A stretch of 64,000 nucleotides of DNA from an uncultured cyanobacterium (GTDB lineage Bacteria > Cyanobacteriota > Cyanobacteriia > Cyanobacteriales > CAWUOF01). The stretch covers positions 7,392,001 to 7,456,000 of the forward strand of contig CAVUSO010000001.1 of the NCBI GenBank assembly GCA_963744145.1, given 5' to 3'. Positions within the stretch are counted from its first letter, which is position 1, and every line of letters starts with the position of its first letter. Made by a program: the position numbers and the translations under genes. The notes beneath the pieces are model-generated. The model searched no databases, was not told the origin of the DNA, and saw only the letters and a program-made list of their open reading frames with translations. Shown one piece after another: positions 60,640-64,000 of the stretch.

Positions 60640-62220
60640 TTATATCCGAATGCTTCGCCCTTTTTCTGCGCCGAGCTCCCCAAAAATTCTGAACTGAATG
60701 GATTGTAATATCTAGTTGATCTGTTGGCTACATAGATGGCAGGGCAAAGCATTTCGGTAATATTATTCTTCGTTTCAGCAATTATTTATGCGCCGAAATG
60801 CTTTGCCCCTACGAGGAACTGAACTGGATTGGTATTTAATCAGCGATCGCTTACCGATCAATGGGGTGTAGGGGCGAAGCATTCGGGCGATAATTGAACA
60901 ATCAAACCAGCAATATTAGATCCGAATGCTTCGCCCTTCTTCTGCGCCAGCTCCCCAAAAATTCTGAACTGAATGGATTGTAATATCTAGTTGATCTGTT
61001 GGCTACATAGATGGCAGGGCAAAGCATTTCGGTAATATTATCCTTCGCTTCAGCAATTATTTATGCGCCGAAATGCTTTGCCCCTACGAGGAACTGAACT
61101 GGATTGGTATTTAATCAGCGATCGGTTGCCGATCAATGGGGTGTAGGGGCGAAGCATTCGGGCGATAATTGAACAATCAAACCAGCAATATTAGATCCGA
61201 ATGCTTCGCCCTTCTTCTGCGCCAGCTCCCCAAAAATTCTGAACTGAATGGATTGTAATATCTAGTTGATCTGTTGGCTACATAGATGGCAGGGCAAAGC
61301 ATTTCGGTAATATTATCCTTCGCTTCAGCAATCATTGACGCGCCGAAATGCTTTGCCCCTACGAGGAACTGAACTGGATTGGTATTTAATCAGCGATCGG
61401 TTGCCGATCAATAGGGTGTAGGGGCGAAGCATTCGGGCGATAATTGAACAATCAAACTTTACCCTGAGCGTAGTCGAAGGGCAGCAATATTAGATCCGAA
61501 TGCTTCGCCCTTCTTCTGCGCCGAGCTCCCCAAAAATTCTGAACTGAATGGATTGTAATATCTAGTTGATCTGTTGGCTACATAGATGGCAGGGCAAAGC
61601 ATTTCGGTAATATTATTCTTCCCTTCGACTACGCTCAGGGTAAACGCTTCAGCAATTATTTATTCGCCGAAATGCTTTGCCCCTACGAGGAACTGAACTG
61701 GATTGATATTTAATCAGCGATCGCTAGCAGATCAATCGGGTGTAGGGGCGAAGCATTCGGGCGATAATTTACCGCTTCAACCAGTAATATTAGATCCGAA
61801 TGCTTCGCCCTTCTTCTGCGCCGAAATCCCCAAAAAATTCTTAACTGAATGGATTGTAATATCTAGTTGATCTGTTGGTTGCATAGATGGTGAGGGCAAA
61901 GCATTTCGGTAATATTATCCTTCGCTTTAGCAATTATTTATGCGCCGAAATGCTTTGCCCCTACAAGGAACTGAACTGGATTGGTATTTAATCAGCGATC
62001 GCTTGCCGATCAATCGGATGTAGGGGCGAAGCATTCGGGCGACAATTGAACAATCAAACTTTACCCTGAGCGTAGTCGAAGGGCAGCAATATTATATCCG
62101 AATGCTTCGCCCTTCTTCTGTGCCGAAATCCCCAAAAATATTATAGTTTAAGCAACTAATGAAATGCTGCAAACCTCATTCCTACGTCATCCAATTTTTC
62201 TGAAAAATATTGTTGATCTT

Positions 62221-63640
62221 GGTTCTACCGAACTATCTATGTAAAAATATTAGTTATTAGCTCGTAAAACTCCCAATTAAATAATTAATTTATATCTGAA
62301 AAATTACTGACGTGATTGACTTTGGGCGATTTTTATGTTTAAATTGGATTAGAATAATTAAGTACATCTAAGTAAAAATTGACAGCTATGGCATCTTCTT
62401 CTCAACTTCATCTAATGACTTCATTGCTGAATAGTCAAGAATTTAAAGTAGTAGATTATCAATTTCAAGAAGGGATCGGGATATTTTTACGACTAGAAAA
62501 ACGAGAATTAAAAGTTAAATGTCCTTGTTGTGAAAGCCTCACAGATAAATTACATCAAAATCATTGGTATGTAGTAAGAGATTTGGCTTTTGGTGAACAA
62601 CAAATATATTTAAAAGTCAATCGTCGTCAAATGAGATGTGACCAATGTGGCCACAAATTTAGTGAAGAGTTAAATTTAGTGAAGAAGAAAAGAAATTATA
62701 CTGAAAGATTAAGAAATAAAATTATTAAGGAAGTTTTGTCAAGTGACATAAAAAACGTGGCGATACGGTACGGATTTAGCGAGCAAGAAGTAGAGACAAT
62801 GTTAAAAGAATTAGGCGCAGAATTAATGAAAAAAAAGCCCGAAAATTTACAGCGGTTAGGAATCGATGAAATTGCCGTAGTAAAAGGGCAAAAAAATTAT
62901 TATGTAGTGTTAATAGATCTTGACCAAGGAATTGTATTAGGAATTATCGAAAACCGCAAAAAAGCCGAGATAGAAAAATACCTAGAAGCTTGGGGAGAAG
63001 AGGTTTTGGGGCAAATCCAAGAAGTAAGTATTGACCTCTGGCAAATGTATAAAAATATCGCCGAAAAATTGATACCTCAAGCAGAAGTAATCGCCGATAG
63101 ATTTCATGTAATGAAGCAAGTACAGGATGAACTAGATCAAGAAAGAAGGAAAACGAAAAGAACCGCAGAGCCATTGAAAAATAACCAAAAAAAAGAGCAA
63201 ATATTAGGCGGATTAACTAAGAGTAAATATGTCTTACTTAAAAATGAGAAAGATTTAAATGATGATGAATCTCAACGACTTAAATTAGTTAAAAAAGTTG
63301 CTCCAAAATTAGGAAAAATGCATGAGCTCAAAGAAAAATTTAGAAATATTTATGAGTCCAGTAAAGATTGGGTAGAAGGAATATTTAATTTCGCTGATTG
63401 GTTAAAAGAAGCTCAAGATTATTTCCCTCATAGTTGTGGGACAATTATCCGATGGATTGGAGAAATTATTGCCTATTTCGATCACCGAACTACTCAAGGA
63501 GTAGTCGAAGGAATTAATAATAAGTTAAAATTGATTAAAAGGCGTGGCTATGGCTTTAGGAATTTTGATAATTTTCAGCTCAGAAGTATTTTAACTTGGC
63601 ATTTTGCTAGTTAGTTTTACATAGATAGTTCGGTAGAACC
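62221..63640 (+). mobile_element. ISL3-family insertion sequence (1420 bp)
   Basis: 26-bp perfect TIRs GGTTCTACCGAACTATCTATGTAAAA; 8-bp TSD TTGATCTT (62213-62220 and 63641-63648). Confidence 0.95.
62388..63614 (+). CDS. ISL3-family transposase
   Basis: Zinc finger CPCC/CDQC; LGIDE, SIDL, DRFHV and EGINNKLKLIKRRGYGFRNF motifs. Confidence 0.95.
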   Translation: MASSSQLHLMTSLLNSQEFKVVDYQFQEGIGIFLRLEKRELKVKCPCCESLTDKLHQNHWYVVRDLAFGEQQIYLKVNRRQMRCDQCGHKFSEELNLVKKKRNYTERLRNKIIKEVLSSDIKNVAIRYGFSEQEVETMLKELGAELMKKKPENLQRLGIDEIAVVKGQKNYYVVLIDLDQGIVLGIIENRKKAEIEKYLEAWGEEVLGQIQEVSIDLWQMYKNIAEKLIPQAEVIADRFHVMKQVQDELDQERRKTKRTAEPLKNNQKKEQILGGLTKSKYVLLKNEKDLNDDESQRLKLVKKVAPKLGKMHELKEKFRNIYESSKDWVEGIFNFADWLKEAQDYFPHSCGTIIRWIGEIIAYFDHRTTQGVVEGINNKLKLIKRRGYGFRNFDNFQLRSILTWHFAS

Positions 63641-63664
63641 TTGATCTTTTAAAAAAGTTATATG

Positions 63665-64000
63665 TTAGAGTTTAGAGAACAGAAAAGAAGACCCCGATGC
63701 TCCACTCTCAAGGTTGCACCCCCGTCCATTCACCCCCGCAGCCGCACAACACGGGAAGTGACCTAGCGGAGCAGCGCTATTAAAAGTGAGGTCAGAGTAG
63801 TTCAACCAGTTTCCTCCTTTTCTCCAGCCGACTTGATCTGCTAGTTTAACATAAGTATCCCAATCATAACTATCTAGCTTACCACCCAATTTGAGCCAGA
63901 TTTTCTTCTGGACTGAAAACCCAAATTTGTCATTAGAATACTTTAACCACAACTGGTCAATGAGCCGCAGTTCATTTTTCGGAAAATTACGACAGTTATT
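63665..64000 (-). CDS. GUN4-domain protein, C-terminal part (runs off the window end)
   Basis: FPKNELRLIDQLWLKYSNDKFGFSVQKKIW...VGWR...APLGHFP. Confidence 0.88.
   Translation of the reverse strand, partial: NNCRNFPKNELRLIDQLWLKYSNDKFGFSVQKKIWLKLGGKLDSYDWDTYVKLADQVGWRKGGNWLNYSDLTFNSAAPLGHFPCCAAAGVNGRGCNLESGASGSSFLFSKL

Larger units (their letters stand above)
58040..62139 (+). repeat. Tandem array of ~276-bp REP/BIME-like units (6 full + 1 half), with unit 2 split by IS1634
   Basis: Unit starts at 58040, 58316, 60843, 61118, 61393, 61717 and 61995. Each unit has a HIP1(-like) site, hairpin A (GTAG foot, 15-bp stem, 35-nt loop), a spacer and inverted hairpin B (16-bp stem, 35-nt loop, CTAC). 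Confidence 0.95.

Noticed and set aside
60528..60752. 74-aa ORF on the minus strand
   Set aside because: It spans the array/IS1634 junction and is a chance read-through of repeat and TIR sequence.
58040..62139. CRISPR array interpretation of the tandem repeats
   Set aside because: The period is ~276 bp, the variable loops are alleles of each other rather than unique spacers, and no cas genes are present.

Overview
Cyanobacterial chromosome segment, judged from frequent HIP1 GCGATCGC octamers and cyanobacterial genes (ycf34, a ccmK-type gene, argZ, a GUN4 domain). Most of it is housekeeping: gyrA, lnt, clpS, tsaB, arsR-acr3-arsC, minCDE, phosphoketolase, ClC, dnaK, cobT, a Crp regulator, pgsA, argZ, rne-rnhB. 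An AT-rich accessory island (~33.2-37.6 kb) holds decayed toxin-antitoxin genes, a tandem pair of Toc34/AIG1-like GTPases and a type II restriction-modification pair. Two complete IS elements (IS1634 and ISL3 families) retain TIRs and target duplications. The most striking non-coding feature is a layered repeat system: a tandem array of ~276-bp units (58.0-62.1 kb), each with two homologous, inverted GTAG-footed hairpins (REP/BIME-like); dispersed copies of the same hairpins; a 24-nt mini-element inserted at one position in the hairpin loops and into itself, up to three deep; and a second REP-like family bracketing acr3-arsC. Four conserved genes (gyrA, minC, a four-carbon acid sugar kinase, dnaK) each carry one stop or frameshift, which may be sequencing errors. 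All calls are by eye; no searches were run.
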